From IMG/VR virus record IMGVR_UViG_3300025936_000020, positions 10,142 through 74,141 of that record: a stretch of 64,000 nucleotides of DNA. One strand, 5' to 3'. Positions 1 to 9,343 of this stretch are shown here, in pieces. Positions within the stretch are counted from its first letter, which is position 1, and every line of letters begins with the position of its first letter. This stretch comes from a virus. Lineage: Duplodnaviria > Caudoviricetes. Made by a program: the position numbers and the translations under genes. Below the pieces are notes generated by a model. It worked only from the letters and a program-made list of their open reading frames with translations, had not been told where the DNA came from and made no database searches.

Positions 1-1868
1 TTCGCCGTGGCGATGTAGACCGTGCCGCCTGCGCCCGTGCCAGTGCCTTGGCCGCCTTCAAGCGTGAAGTTCGCGCCTGCCTTGTCTGTGCCGGAACCGT
101 CCGCCGCCTTGAGCGCCTGGTTGACGGGCGTTGCAGCGTCCACGCCCATTTGAATCACAGCAGCAGCATCGCGCACGAGCTGTGTATCGAATCCTGCTCC
201 TGCTGTAATGGCTGAGTTTGCGGTGAAACCAATGGAGCCGTCAGAGGTTAAAGCAATAAACGTAGTGTCCATGACGCCGTTGGCCCTTATGCGTATCCGT
301 TCAGTCCCGCTGAGAGTTATCCCTATTGCGTCGAGAGATGGGCGGAAAAATCCAGTACCAGACCCATCGTCATCGACGAGCCACCCAATGCCCGGCTTGG
401 TCGCCGTCCCCGCCTGCACGAGGAACTGTCCGTTCGAGTTGATCGTGGAATAGTTCGTGCCCGCGCTCGACCTCCATTGCATCAAATCGTTGGTCTGCCC
501 CGAAGCGCCCACGGCGATGAATGGCACGTTATCAATCGTGCTTGCGGTGTTGGTTAACGGCCCAGTCATCGCATCACCCGCGAGCCGGACGTGATTGTTC
601 CACGTAGCGCCAGCGTAATACTCGTTTCGCGCAGTCGTCGTGTTGAACCGAGCCATGCCATTGGTCGGTGCCGCTGGACGTTGCGCGGTCGTGCCCTGCG
701 GCAGGTTGAATGCGCCTGTGCCGCCGACATACATGTTCGTGCCATCGTCGGTGAGCAACGAGTTGCCAAGGTTCGTCGTGCTCGTAAACTTCGCTACGGT
801 ATTCGCTGTGCCGCTGGCGGTCGCTGTGCCCGCTGGAATAATCGCCGTCGCCAGAATGTTGCTGCCGCTAACGGCCAGCGTGACCGTCGCCGTGTTTGTA
901 AAGTTCGGCGTCGTGACGTTGGTGCCGTTGACCGATACGGTTGTGCCACTCGCATTGGTCAGCACAGGAACCCCGTTCACGGTCGGCGTTGCGGCAAATC
1001 TCGCCGATGCGCCGGGGAAGAAGTAGTTGTAGGCGCTGTCGCCGAAGACGTAATCATTGCTGTTGGTCGCCTGCGCACCACTGCCGAGCATGAAGATGTG
1101 GGACTTGCCGCTCAGGCTAAGCGATTGACCAGCACTGGTGCCGAAGGCGTAGATGTCCGACACGTTCGTCAGCGTTGATGTTTCCAGCGTTCCATCACCA
1201 TAAGCGTAAACTTCCGACGAACCGCTCACCTTTGCATGGTCCAAGGCTGAACGGCCATACCCGTAAATTTGCGAACTGTTCGTGATCTTACCGGCAAACA
1301 GAGGTCCGCGTCCGAATCCGTAAATGTCCTGCGAGTTCGTGATGACCACACTTGAAAGGGCGAAATGGCCTATCCCGAACAGGTCGGTGCCGGTCTGTAT
1401 CACCGCCGAGTTGAATACCGAATGGCCTACGCCTATCAGATCGGAACTGTTCGTCACGGTCGTACTGTCGAATAGCGAGTCGCCAAGCCAAACGATCTGA
1501 CTGGAGTCTCGAAACAGGCTGTTCCCGCCTCCGCTGATGCCCAAGCCGTAGAATCCAAAAAGGTTGCTGGCCCCCACATCCGCAAGCGATCCCATGACGA
1601 AAATCTGCGAGCTGTTCGTGAAAGCGGAGGTTTGCAGCGCCGTCTCGCCAATCGCCACGACATCGGAGCTGCCTGAAAGCGTCGTCCCTGCCAGCGAACC
1701 GTTGCCCAAGCCAATGGCGCTGGATGTGTTCGTGATCGTTGAGCTTCCGAGGGTGAATGATCCAGTCCATTTGGGAACCAGGTTATTGGTGCCGGCTCCG
1801 GACGGATTGGCAGCGCGCGCGAAGACGAGCGAACAGAGAAGGAGCGCAACGGCGATAAAAAGTTTCAT
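1..1868 (-). CDS. Tail fibre/adhesin-like protein with N-terminal signal-peptide-like segment (partial, runs off window start)
   Basis: Read manually (not in ORF track): ATG at 1868 gives MKLFIAVALLLCSLVFARAANPSGAG..., read as open to position 1. Gly/Ser/Thr/Asn-rich, with ~14-aa beta-repeat-like units (IGVGHSVF, FGIGHFAL, YGFGRGPL, YGYGRSAL, YAFGTSAG) and the fibre motif LPQGTTAQRP...NGMARFNTT. Confidence 0.75.
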   Translation of the reverse strand, partial: MKLFIAVALLLCSLVFARAANPSGAGTNNLVPKWTGSFTLGSSTITNTSSAIGLGNGSLAGTTLSGSSDVVAIGETALQTSAFTNSSQIFVMGSLADVGASNLFGFYGLGISGGGNSLFRDSSQIVWLGDSLFDSTTVTNSSDLIGVGHSVFNSAVIQTGTDLFGIGHFALSSVVITNSQDIYGFGRGPLFAGKITNSSQIYGYGRSALDHAKVSGSSEVYAYGDGTLETSTLTNVSDIYAFGTSAGQSLSLSGKSHIFMLGSGAQATNSNDYVFGDSAYNYFFPGASARFAATPTVNGVPVLTNASGTTVSVNGTNVTTPNFTNTATVTLAVSGSNILATAIIPAGTATASGTANTVAKFTSTTNLGNSLLTDDGTNMYVGGTGAFNLPQGTTAQRPAAPTNGMARFNTTTARNEYYAGATWNNHVRLAGDAMTGPLTNTASTIDNVPFIAVGASGQTNDLMQWRSSAGTNYSTINSNGQFLVQAGTATKPGIGWLVDDDGSGTGFFRPSLDAIGITLSGTERIRIRANGVMDTTFIALTSDGSIGFTANSAITAGAGFDTQLVRDAAAVIQMGVDAATPVNQALKAADGSGTDKAGANFTLEGGQGTGTGAGGTVYIATA

Positions 1869-1873
1869 AATTT

Positions 1874-2104
1874 TCAGACCCAAGCCGCCGAGCCGGGATC
1901 CCACTGGGACAATGGCCCGCCGCCCGTAGGAAAGCTTAGAGCAGGCAGGCTTGGATCATCCGGGACCGGATTGTTCAGGAACACCTGCTGAGTTCCTCCG
2001 GAGCCGCTGCCGCCTCCGGAGCCGGAACCGGCATCCGGATCGGTTTGGGCCGGGGGACCCTCCAGATAACAGAACGGTTGGGCTGTGCAAATCACTTCCT
2101 GCAT
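1874..2104 (-). CDS. Small hypothetical protein with GS-rich linker (likely virion-associated)
   Basis: 76-aa ORF co-oriented with and adjacent to the fibre gene; GSGSGGGSGSGG linker. Confidence 0.55.
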   Translation of the reverse strand: MQEVICTAQPFCYLEGPPAQTDPDAGSGSGGGSGSGGTQQVFLNNPVPDDPSLPALSFPTGGGPLSQWDPGSAAWV

Positions 2105-2595
2105 GGTTCCTCCTCTGCGTTCACGGATTTCTCCACGGTGCCGCCGTGGACGTTGATCTGAATGGGACTGATCTGCGCTCCCGGCAGAAACGGTTTTCCC
2201 TGCGGCATGTTCGGGTGGGCGCTCCGCGTCTCGGCTACCTTGTTCAGTTCGAGTTGCAGGGCGACGTTCTCGTCGATGGCCTTTATGAAGCGCAGTTGAA
2301 GCTCCAGGTATCCCTGCCGGACTTCGTCGCTGATGCCGTCCCGGTTAGCCTGGGCGGCGCACGCAATGGCGGCTTCATAAATCATCTGTGAGGACCCGAG
2401 CAGGCGGCCATTTCCGTAACGGAGCAAGCCGACCTGGTCCAAAAACTGCCCGATGGTGGCGACGTTGTGGAGGCCTCGGGACGAGATGTTGAGAAGATTC
2501 AGCTCGCGCGCGGCCCGGTCCAACCTTCCGTCTGAAATCCGTTTCACCTTTCCGCTGGGTTCTCGGACTTCGATCTCTGTGGTAGCCTCGGGCAT
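2092..2595 (-). CDS. Hypothetical protein
   Basis: ORF track 2092..2640; ATG (MPEATTEIEV) at 2595 preferred; overlaps the downstream start. Confidence 0.6.
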   Translation of the reverse strand: MPEATTEIEVREPSGKVKRISDGRLDRAARELNLLNISSRGLHNVATIGQFLDQVGLLRYGNGRLLGSSQMIYEAAIACAAQANRDGISDEVRQGYLELQLRFIKAIDENVALQLELNKVAETRSAHPNMPQGKPFLPGAQISPIQINVHGGTVEKSVNAEEEPCRK

Positions 2596-2946
2596 ATGAT
2601 ATTCGGACTTCACCCTCCGCGATTCGCCCAGTGGAGGCAAGTTTTATTGCTGGAGCGAAAATTGCTGTGGAGCGCCGCGCCGCACATCCTCTGGACGTTG
2701 ATTACCGGCGTTGTTCATTTCCGTGGGCGCAGGGAGCGTTGGCGCCGGCGGATGCGGACCTGTTACCGGTGCCCGATCTTCAACCCGAAACTTCGTCAGT
2801 GCCGTCCGGAGCCGCCTCCTGGAGCTGATCCGGAACCGTTTCGGAAGGTTGGCTGTGGATGCTACACGCCGGCAATTTCGTTTTTTTATCCTCCTGGAAA
2901 ACCCTGTTGGGGGCGCGCCCGTTCCCCGGGGGTTGGCTGGGTTTGA
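2596..2946 (+). CDS. Cys-rich hypothetical protein (possible metal-binding)
   Basis: CxxC...C...CxC...C pattern (TCYRCPIF...RQC...GCGCYTP...CW); start uncertain. Confidence 0.5.
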   Translation: MIFGLHPPRFAQWRQVLLLERKLLWSAAPHILWTLITGVVHFRGRRERWRRRMRTCYRCPIFNPKLRQCRPEPPPGADPEPFRKVGCGCYTPAISFFYPPGKPCWGRARSPGVGWV

Positions 2947-4057
2947 ACGCGATCATCGCGTTGTGCCGTATCTGGCGTAGCGGCGTCTGGTAGTACGGTT
3001 TTCTCCGGTCCACGTCCGGCGTCCATTCCTTGAACGCGTCGTCCGGCGTGAGCGCGACCGCGTCGCAGATGCCGCGGCCGGGACGGACCAGCCCCTTCAG
3101 CACGGCGGGAACGAGCATCTTCGAACCGGTGACGATACCGTCAACGACGGTGGCCGGCGGATGGAAGACCCGGACCGCGTACCATTTCATGATCTCCAGA
3201 ACAGCCGGCAGATGGCTGGCCATCTCGTTAAGAATCCCGGAGGTGTAATTGCTCGCGCATAATTTCTGTTTCCTGGCCAGCTCGTGTTCTTCCATCCGCT
3301 TCTCCAGCTCCGGCGATGGGATCGTCTCGAGCGTCCAATGAACGAATTGCTTGCGCCGGTCGAACGCCAGAAGTTTCGGACTGGCCAGCGCGCCGTAGAA
3401 TCCTGACAGCGTGAAGGCCTCGTGCCGTTCCTCCGGGGCCTTTCCAAACATCGACATCAGACTGGAGAATCGGACGGCGATCGCTTCTTTCCAGTTTTGA
3501 CGGTACGGCATCGGGATGATTTTGATGAAGCCCAGGTCCAGGATCTTTCGCTCGGCAAGCCTTCGCACGGCCGCCGCCCTGACCTGAAGCCAGAACACCT
3601 TCAGCGCGTCCCAGCTGATTTCCGGGACCGTGTAGTGCAGATCCTTCAGGAACGCGAGTTCGATGCTGGAAAATCCCGGCTCCGGCGGAGGGTCAATCTG
3701 GTTGATAGTTGAGGGTTGATGGTTGATGACGCCGGGCCAGACGATGTAGTACTCGGGCGTGATCCCGGGCGCTTTAACGGCGAACCGTCTCAGGTCGGAA
3801 TCGCGGAACCACCAGCCGCGCTCGTCGGGGCTGTAGTTCCACGCGTCCAGGATCGGCGTGAGAACTTTGTGCTGCGCCGGTGCGATCGAAAGTTCAGACA
3901 TTGCCCGGCGCACGAACCAGATTACCGCGCCGTCGGTTTCGCTCTTAAACGGCGCGCATTTGATCGGGAGCGTGAAGGCGAAATCGTCCGGGAGCCGGCC
4001 GCTGACGGTCCAGAGTTCGAAATCGCCGCAGGGCTTAACGCTGATTGTATTCGACAT
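2780..4057 (-). CDS. Hypothetical protein, 425 aa
   Basis: Long ORF with globular composition; no family recognised. Confidence 0.65.
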   Translation of the reverse strand: MSNTISVKPCGDFELWTVSGRLPDDFAFTLPIKCAPFKSETDGAVIWFVRRAMSELSIAPAQHKVLTPILDAWNYSPDERGWWFRDSDLRRFAVKAPGITPEYYIVWPGVINHQPSTINQIDPPPEPGFSSIELAFLKDLHYTVPEISWDALKVFWLQVRAAAVRRLAERKILDLGFIKIIPMPYRQNWKEAIAVRFSSLMSMFGKAPEERHEAFTLSGFYGALASPKLLAFDRRKQFVHWTLETIPSPELEKRMEEHELARKQKLCASNYTSGILNEMASHLPAVLEIMKWYAVRVFHPPATVVDGIVTGSKMLVPAVLKGLVRPGRGICDAVALTPDDAFKEWTPDVDRRKPYYQTPLRQIRHNAMIAFKPSQPPGNGRAPNRVFQEDKKTKLPACSIHSQPSETVPDQLQEAAPDGTDEVSG

Positions 4058-4088
4058 CTCGGAGGTGAAGATACACGATCGCGCGAAA

Positions 4089-4973
4089 ATGAGCCGAGTA
4101 CTTATTTTGGGAGGAAGCGGATTCGTCGGAAGCGCGTTTGCGCGCGAGCTGGCTGCGCGAAGCGTGGACTTCAGTTCCTTGTCAAGGAACCAGTGCGACT
4201 ACACAAACTTCGCCGCGATCTACAGCCTGATGAAGAAAGTCCGGCCGGAGCTGGTCGTCAACTGCTCCGGGGTGACTGGAACTCCGAACGTCGACTGGTG
4301 CGAGTTGCACCGCAAAGAAACCATCGCCGGTAATATCATCGCGGCGGCGGCAATCTCGGACGCCTGCTACAACCTCGGGATCATTCTCGGGCACATTTCG
4401 ACCGGCTGCATCTACAACGGCGAACGGCCGCTGGGCGCGCCGTGGACGGAGGAGGACCCGCCCAATTTCTGTTTCGGCGAGGAACCGTGCAGCTTTTATT
4501 CCGGCACCAAGGCGTTGGCCGAATGGAAGATCGCCGGAAACCCGCTGGCCTACATCTGGCGGTTGCGGATGCCGTTCTGCGAAGAGGCCGACCCGAAAAA
4601 TCTGATCACAAAGCTGGTGACTTACCCCGCAATCTTCGATTCGCCGAAAAATTCCCTTTCCCACCTCGGCGAATGCGTCCGGGCCTGCCTGGACACCTGG
4701 GAGCTGGGCGTGAAGCGCGGGATTTACAACGTGGTCAACCCGGGGGCTCTGACAAACCGGGAGATCGTCGAGCTCATCTGCGAAATTCTGAAACCGAACC
4801 GCAGCTACGACGCTTGGGCTGATCAGATCCCGTTTTACAAGGAGCACGCGATGGCGCCGCGATCAAACTGCGTGCTTTCGTCCAAAAAACTCAGCGCGGC
4901 CGGGATAGAGCTGCGCCCGGTGTCGGAGGCGATGGCGGAAACGCTGAAGAACTACAAGCCGACCCCGCTATGA
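4089..4973 (+). CDS. RmlD-like NDP-4-keto-6-deoxyhexose (epimerase/)reductase, NRS/ER (UER1)-type SDR
   Basis: Rossmann GGSGFVG, GVTGTPNVDWCE motif, catalytic YxxxK (YSGTK); ATG at 4089. Confidence 0.85.
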   Translation: MSRVLILGGSGFVGSAFARELAARSVDFSSLSRNQCDYTNFAAIYSLMKKVRPELVVNCSGVTGTPNVDWCELHRKETIAGNIIAAAAISDACYNLGIILGHISTGCIYNGERPLGAPWTEEDPPNFCFGEEPCSFYSGTKALAEWKIAGNPLAYIWRLRMPFCEEADPKNLITKLVTYPAIFDSPKNSLSHLGECVRACLDTWELGVKRGIYNVVNPGALTNREIVELICEILKPNRSYDAWADQIPFYKEHAMAPRSNCVLSSKKLSAAGIELRPVSEAMAETLKNYKPTPL

Positions 4974-5737
4974 CCTTCGCCGCGACGATCGGAGCCTATG
5001 AACTCGCCAGTTTTGTGGAGCTGAACATCCGCGCGCTCCGCCGGGTGTTCGGAGATGACCTGCCGATCCTTGTTTCAGACGATTTGAACCGGTATTCTGC
5101 TGAGATTCGGGACGTTGCCGCCCGTTTTGACGTGTTCCATTACTGTAGCGACACCCACAGAGGCCATTTTGCTGGCGACGTGAACCAGGCGTGCAACGCT
5201 TTGGCCTTCGCCAAGGCGCAAGGAGCTGACATCGCCCTAAAAATCAGCCAGCGCTTCATCATGTGTGACCCAATTTGCAGGGAAATCCTCGAACGGTACT
5301 TCTCGGACCCTGAGGTATGGCTCGCCTTCCCTGGGAAGATTCACCCCAGCTCAATCAAGCGGGCCGAGTCTCGATTTTTCTCGAACTTCAGCACCGTGAC
5401 CGACTTTTTTGCCGTCAGGCCGGACAAATTAAGCGCAGAGACAGTCAAAAACCTGTACGAGACGCGGGTGAAAGAGCAAAGGAACCGCTTTGACACCCTT
5501 GCCGAGCCATTGTGGGGATTCATCGGCGACGTCACCCTGGCCGGGCACACCATCCGGATGCCCGAATTCAGCTCGCATTACCCCGGCAGACCGCCGATCT
5601 ACCTGCGAAAATGCCAGCAGGAACCCGCCGATTACCAGGTATTCGCCCGGGAGAACGGGATGGATGATTTCCTACCCCTTCTTGTAGAATGGCGGCAGAT
5701 GAGCACCGCCTACCGTCCGAGCCCGATTTTCATATGA
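4970..5737 (+). CDS. Putative GT-A fold glycosyltransferase
   Basis: ILVSDD motif, HxGHxxGD segment; ATGA-coupled to the reductase. Confidence 0.5.
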   Translation: MTFAATIGAYELASFVELNIRALRRVFGDDLPILVSDDLNRYSAEIRDVAARFDVFHYCSDTHRGHFAGDVNQACNALAFAKAQGADIALKISQRFIMCDPICREILERYFSDPEVWLAFPGKIHPSSIKRAESRFFSNFSTVTDFFAVRPDKLSAETVKNLYETRVKEQRNRFDTLAEPLWGFIGDVTLAGHTIRMPEFSSHYPGRPPIYLRKCQQEPADYQVFARENGMDDFLPLLVEWRQMSTAYRPSPIFI

Positions 5738-5925
5738 ACAACCAACTCACTGAAGCCGAGGTCCGCGCACTTCGCAATCGCGTGTTCGGACATCAAATCA
5801 CCGACACCGAATGGAAAGTCGCCGGACCGCACTGGATGAGTCCGGAGGGGATCGCGTTCCTCCGGGCCCACGACTTCCCGATCGGGAAACCAGTCTATAA
5901 TCCACAGGCTCAGAAAGCTTGCTGA
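5734..5925 (+). CDS. Small hypothetical protein
   Basis: ATGA overlap with upstream stop; MNNQLTEAEVRALRNRVFG... Confidence 0.5.
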   Translation: MNNQLTEAEVRALRNRVFGHQITDTEWKVAGPHWMSPEGIAFLRAHDFPIGKPVYNPQAQKAC

Positions 5926-6046
5926 AAGCCAAGGAAGCTGCCGCCTCCGGTCGGAGGTTCGAAACCGAAATAATTTGTTGACGCCGCGGCCGGGGTTTTG
6001 GCAGGATTACAGGTGTTCTGAACGGGCGAGTCACCCTGGTCAGAGC

Positions 6047-6075
6047 TTGCACTTACGGTTGCCTTAGCGCATTAT
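6047..6075 (+). promoter_or_regulatory. Putative sigma70-type promoter
   Basis: TTGCAC-17 nt-CATTAT; predicted start site about 6081, where the structured leader begins. Confidence 0.4.
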
Positions 6076-6080
6076 CACTT

Positions 6081-6232
6081 TGCGCCCGGTCTGTGGCGTG
6101 AGCCACGGCCCTGGCAGCATCCTTCCCGCTCGATGGGCGGACTAGGACCGGGCGCATTTCCCTTGCTCCAAGATGGTTTGGTCCGGATTCACCGCGTTTT
6201 CCGGAAACGGTCAGGTGAGCCACTTGGAGCAA
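6081..6232 (+). ncRNA. Structured two-domain leader RNA (or ssDNA structure) upstream of the replication gene
   Basis: Perfect helices TGCGCCCGGTC 6081-6091/GACCGGGCGCA 6146-6156 and TTGCTCCAAG 6163-6172/CTTGGAGCAA 6223-6232, each enclosing inner hairpins. Confidence 0.45.
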
Positions 6233-6242
6233 CCTCTTTTGC

Positions 6243-6911
6243 ATGAAGCGGGGCACTCCAGAGCACCCAAAGGTCGGCCATCTCGCTTCACTCTTAAACA
6301 TCAATCATGCCTGGGCTATGGGAATACTGGAGGCTATGTGGCATTTCACCGCAAGATACGCTCCGCAAGGGGACATCGGAAGGCATGCGGACTTGGTCAT
6401 CGCGAAGGCAGTGTACTGGGAGCGACCGACAGGTGAGAGGGGAGTGAAGCCTGAGTGCAAGCTAAGTGGAGCCTTAGTGACCGCCAGGTGGCTCGATACG
6501 TCGACCATACATCGCCTAATAGTGCACGACTGGTCGGACCATGCAGATGAGGCAGTTAGGAAATTCTTGTCGAGACACAGTCTCGACTTTGTCCGGACTG
6601 AGTCTAGCCTGCCTTTGCCTTTGCCAGTACCAGTGCCTTTGCCAGTACCAGCGACGGACGCAGACCCGACTTTCGAGCAGGCGATGGATAGAGTTCCGAT
6701 CCAACTCCGTGAGCAAGTGAGAATGGATTTTGCCAGGCATGTATTCGATGCCTGGAGCAGCGTGGACGGCAAGAACGGGGCCGGGGTTTCCTGCCGGTTC
6801 GAAAAGTTGCTCCAGAAACGATGGAACGCCGAAGGAGAACAATGGCGGAACGGGTGCCATTCAGCTCAGAAAAAACCGCAATCCACTCAGTCGCTAGAAA
6901 ACCAGATCTGA
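6243..6911 (+). CDS. Phage replication initiator/replisome organiser-like protein
   Basis: N-terminal HPK...LA..L...A.G.L..MW wHTH-like pattern, (LP/VP)n linker; upstream of the primase-helicase. Confidence 0.6.
   Translation: MKRGTPEHPKVGHLASLLNINHAWAMGILEAMWHFTARYAPQGDIGRHADLVIAKAVYWERPTGERGVKPECKLSGALVTARWLDTSTIHRLIVHDWSDHADEAVRKFLSRHSLDFVRTESSLPLPLPVPVPLPVPATDADPTFEQAMDRVPIQLREQVRMDFARHVFDAWSSVDGKNGAGVSCRFEKLLQKRWNAEGEQWRNGCHSAQKKPQSTQSLENQI
6617..6651. repeat. 17-bp direct repeat inside the replication gene
   Basis: GCCTTTGCCAGTACCAG at 6617-6633 and 6635-6651, encoding part of LPLPLPVPVPLPVPA. Confidence 0.8.
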
Positions 6912-6916
6912 CTTAC

Positions 6917-7144
6917 ATGGGCCTCGCCAAACTCAGCGATTTGGTCACCAACATCGGGGAATGCGTTTACAAGCCAGCCGAACAGTGCTTCTACTGCGCC
7001 GATCCGCTGGGCGGCGATGTGTGGATTTTCTGGAACGGGACCGACTGTCAGATCTGGATGCACCCGGCGTGCGCCAAGAGGCTGGCCGATAATCTGAACA
7101 AGGACTGGGAACGGTTCAAAGTAGCCTGCCCAGAGCTTCTATGA
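6917..7144 (+). CDS. Small Zn-finger-like hypothetical protein
   Basis: CFYC...HPAC; stop overlaps the primase-helicase start. Confidence 0.55.
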   Translation: MGLAKLSDLVTNIGECVYKPAEQCFYCADPLGGDVWIFWNGTDCQIWMHPACAKRLADNLNKDWERFKVACPELL

Positions 7145-8814
7145 CCAAAACATCCGAGCTGGCCGCTGAAATTAAGCGCCGCCTTAAACTGACCGATCAT
7201 CTGGCCGGCAAAGGATTCAGAGTCACGGAAAACAAACACCCACGAACCAACCTTTGCCCGGTCGCCATGCACCGCAAAGGCCACCTGTGCGTGTCAATTG
7301 ACACCGAGAAGCAGCTTTGGCACTGCAACGATCACGAAATCGGCGGGAGCATTATTGACTGGATCATGGCCGAGCGTGGCAAAACGATGGAGCAGGCCGT
7401 GATTGAGGTCGGCACTGAATTGGGACTGGTGGAGTCCGAGGAAGAAAAGAGGCCTGTGTCAGCAAGACCTTCCATCGTTGCCACCTACGATTACACCGAT
7501 CCGAATGGCAACCTGCTGTTCCAGGTTGTGCGTTACGCCCCGAAGGAATTCCGTCAGAGACGCCCTGACCGAGAAGGCGGCTGGATCTGGAACATGGAGG
7601 GGATCAACCGCGTGCCGTACCATCTCCCGGAAGTCCTAACCGCTGAAACCGTCGTTATCACGGAGGGGGAGAAGGACGCTGACAACATCCGGTCCTGCGG
7701 ATTCGGGTTCACTGCCACCTGCAACGTCGGCGGGGCCGGTAAATGGCTGGACGCCTACTCGGAGTTCGTCTCCGGAAAGAACATCGTCGTCATCCCGGAC
7801 AACGACGATCCCGGCCGAAAACACGCCGAGGCCATCATCAAATCTCTGGATGAGAAGGTGAACTGGCTGAAGCTCGTCCAGGTGCCGGCGCCTTACAAAG
7901 ACGCCTCCGACTGGCTGGATAGCATCGAACCTAGCGCCAGGGCATGTTCGCTCCGGGATCTGATCGAACGGACCCCGCACACCCTGAAACCACTGCCCGT
8001 CTTCACAATGGCCGAGTTGGAGGCGCAATACGTCGAATTCGCGCGATCGGTCGAAACCCGGACATTTGACCTGGCCCGGTTCATCCCGTCGCTCGGCCGC
8101 TCCGTCCGCCGCCTGATGCCCGGTGAACTGGTAGTCGTCATGTCCGATACCGGTGTAGGCAAAACCGCAATTCAACAATGCCTGGCCCGGTCCGCTGCCC
8201 CGCTACCGACCCTGTTCTTCGAACTGGAACTCCCGCAGGAACTCATGTTCGAACGGTTCGTCCAGATGGAAACCGCCTGGACGTCGGAGCACGTCGAAGC
8301 GCATTATCTGACTCAATGCGGTTTGTGGAGAACTTTCGAACACCTGAACCACATCCTCGTCTGCGCCGAGAGCGGCTTATCGACCGTGCAGATCGAATCT
8401 TTCATCGGTCGCAGCGAGCTCAAAACCGGCACCAAACCGGCCGTCGTCATCATCGATTACATCGGCCTTATCCGCGGCGAAGCGTCCCGCAGCCGCTACG
8501 AAAAGCTCAGTGCTACCGCCGAAGAACTCAAGGTAATCGCCAAACGTACGCGAACGATCGTCGTTCTCGGAACCCAGGTCGCGCGCCCGGAGAAAACCAA
8601 GGATTCACTCGCGCCCAGGCTCCACGACGCCAAAGACTCCGGATCCATCGAAAACTCAGCCGGCCTGGTTCTGGGCGCCTGGCGGCCCGATCATCAAACC
8701 CTAATGATCAAAGTCCTGAAGAACACCAAGGGAAGATCCGGCATCGTCGTCGAGTGCAATTTCGACGGCGAAACAATGCAGCTCACCGAACGCGATCAGA
8801 GGAGATTCTCGTGA
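7141..8814 (+). CDS. DNA primase-helicase (Zn finger + TOPRIM + DnaB/SF4 helicase)
   Basis: CPVAMH...WHC Zn finger, ITEGEKDAD and PDNDDPG TOPRIM motifs, Walker A SDTGVGKT, IIDYIGL, DSGSIENSAGLVL. Confidence 0.92.
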   Translation: MTKTSELAAEIKRRLKLTDHLAGKGFRVTENKHPRTNLCPVAMHRKGHLCVSIDTEKQLWHCNDHEIGGSIIDWIMAERGKTMEQAVIEVGTELGLVESEEEKRPVSARPSIVATYDYTDPNGNLLFQVVRYAPKEFRQRRPDREGGWIWNMEGINRVPYHLPEVLTAETVVITEGEKDADNIRSCGFGFTATCNVGGAGKWLDAYSEFVSGKNIVVIPDNDDPGRKHAEAIIKSLDEKVNWLKLVQVPAPYKDASDWLDSIEPSARACSLRDLIERTPHTLKPLPVFTMAELEAQYVEFARSVETRTFDLARFIPSLGRSVRRLMPGELVVVMSDTGVGKTAIQQCLARSAAPLPTLFFELELPQELMFERFVQMETAWTSEHVEAHYLTQCGLWRTFEHLNHILVCAESGLSTVQIESFIGRSELKTGTKPAVVIIDYIGLIRGEASRSRYEKLSATAEELKVIAKRTRTIVVLGTQVARPEKTKDSLAPRLHDAKDSGSIENSAGLVLGAWRPDHQTLMIKVLKNTKGRSGIVVECNFDGETMQLTERDQRRFS

Positions 8815-9011
8815 CTCATCCATTCCTCAGCCAGAAGGACCAGGAGTTCGTCGACAGGACCATCTACGATTGGACCGTCGGCGGAAGCCGTAGCAACAGC
8901 GCTATTCGCTTCAATCGCAATTACAGCGCCATCGCCGCCAGATGGTTCCTCGAGGGAAACGACGTTCTCCAGATGATCGCCAATGAAGATTACGAGAAAG
9001 GGAAAGTATGA
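8811..9011 (+). CDS. Small hypothetical protein
   Basis: GTG overlapping the helicase stop; stop overlaps the next ATG. Confidence 0.45.
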   Translation: MTHPFLSQKDQEFVDRTIYDWTVGGSRSNSAIRFNRNYSAIAARWFLEGNDVLQMIANEDYEKGKV

Positions 9012-9343
9012 AATACCGCAAGAAACCAGTCATTATCGAAGCCACGCAATGGTTCAAGAACGGCGATCACCCGAAGGACGACGTGATGCGCCCGTTCGAG
9101 GACACAGGCAAAACCCCAACCGAACCGCGTGAAGGCGCTGTCGTCCGCTATTTCCGGCGCCCGGATGTCAACGGCCGTCGCCTGTGCGTGCATTGCACTC
9201 GAACAATGCATGATCACGGCTGGATCGATACGCTGGAAGGCGGCCACATTGTATGCCCTGGTGACTGGATCATCACCGGCGTAAAAGCTGAACATTACCC
9301 CTGCAAACCGGACATCTTTGCCGCCACCTACGAACCGGTATGA
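9008..9343 (+). CDS. Conserved phage protein (YRKKPVxIEA...PGDWII...YPCKPDIF..TYE family)
   Basis: Characteristic N- and C-terminal motifs. Confidence 0.8.
   Translation: MKYRKKPVIIEATQWFKNGDHPKDDVMRPFEDTGKTPTEPREGAVVRYFRRPDVNGRRLCVHCTRTMHDHGWIDTLEGGHIVCPGDWIITGVKAEHYPCKPDIFAATYEPV

Noticed and set aside
6081-6232. tRNA or tmRNA
   Set aside because: No T-loop GTTC motif or cloverleaf dimensions, and no CCA end.
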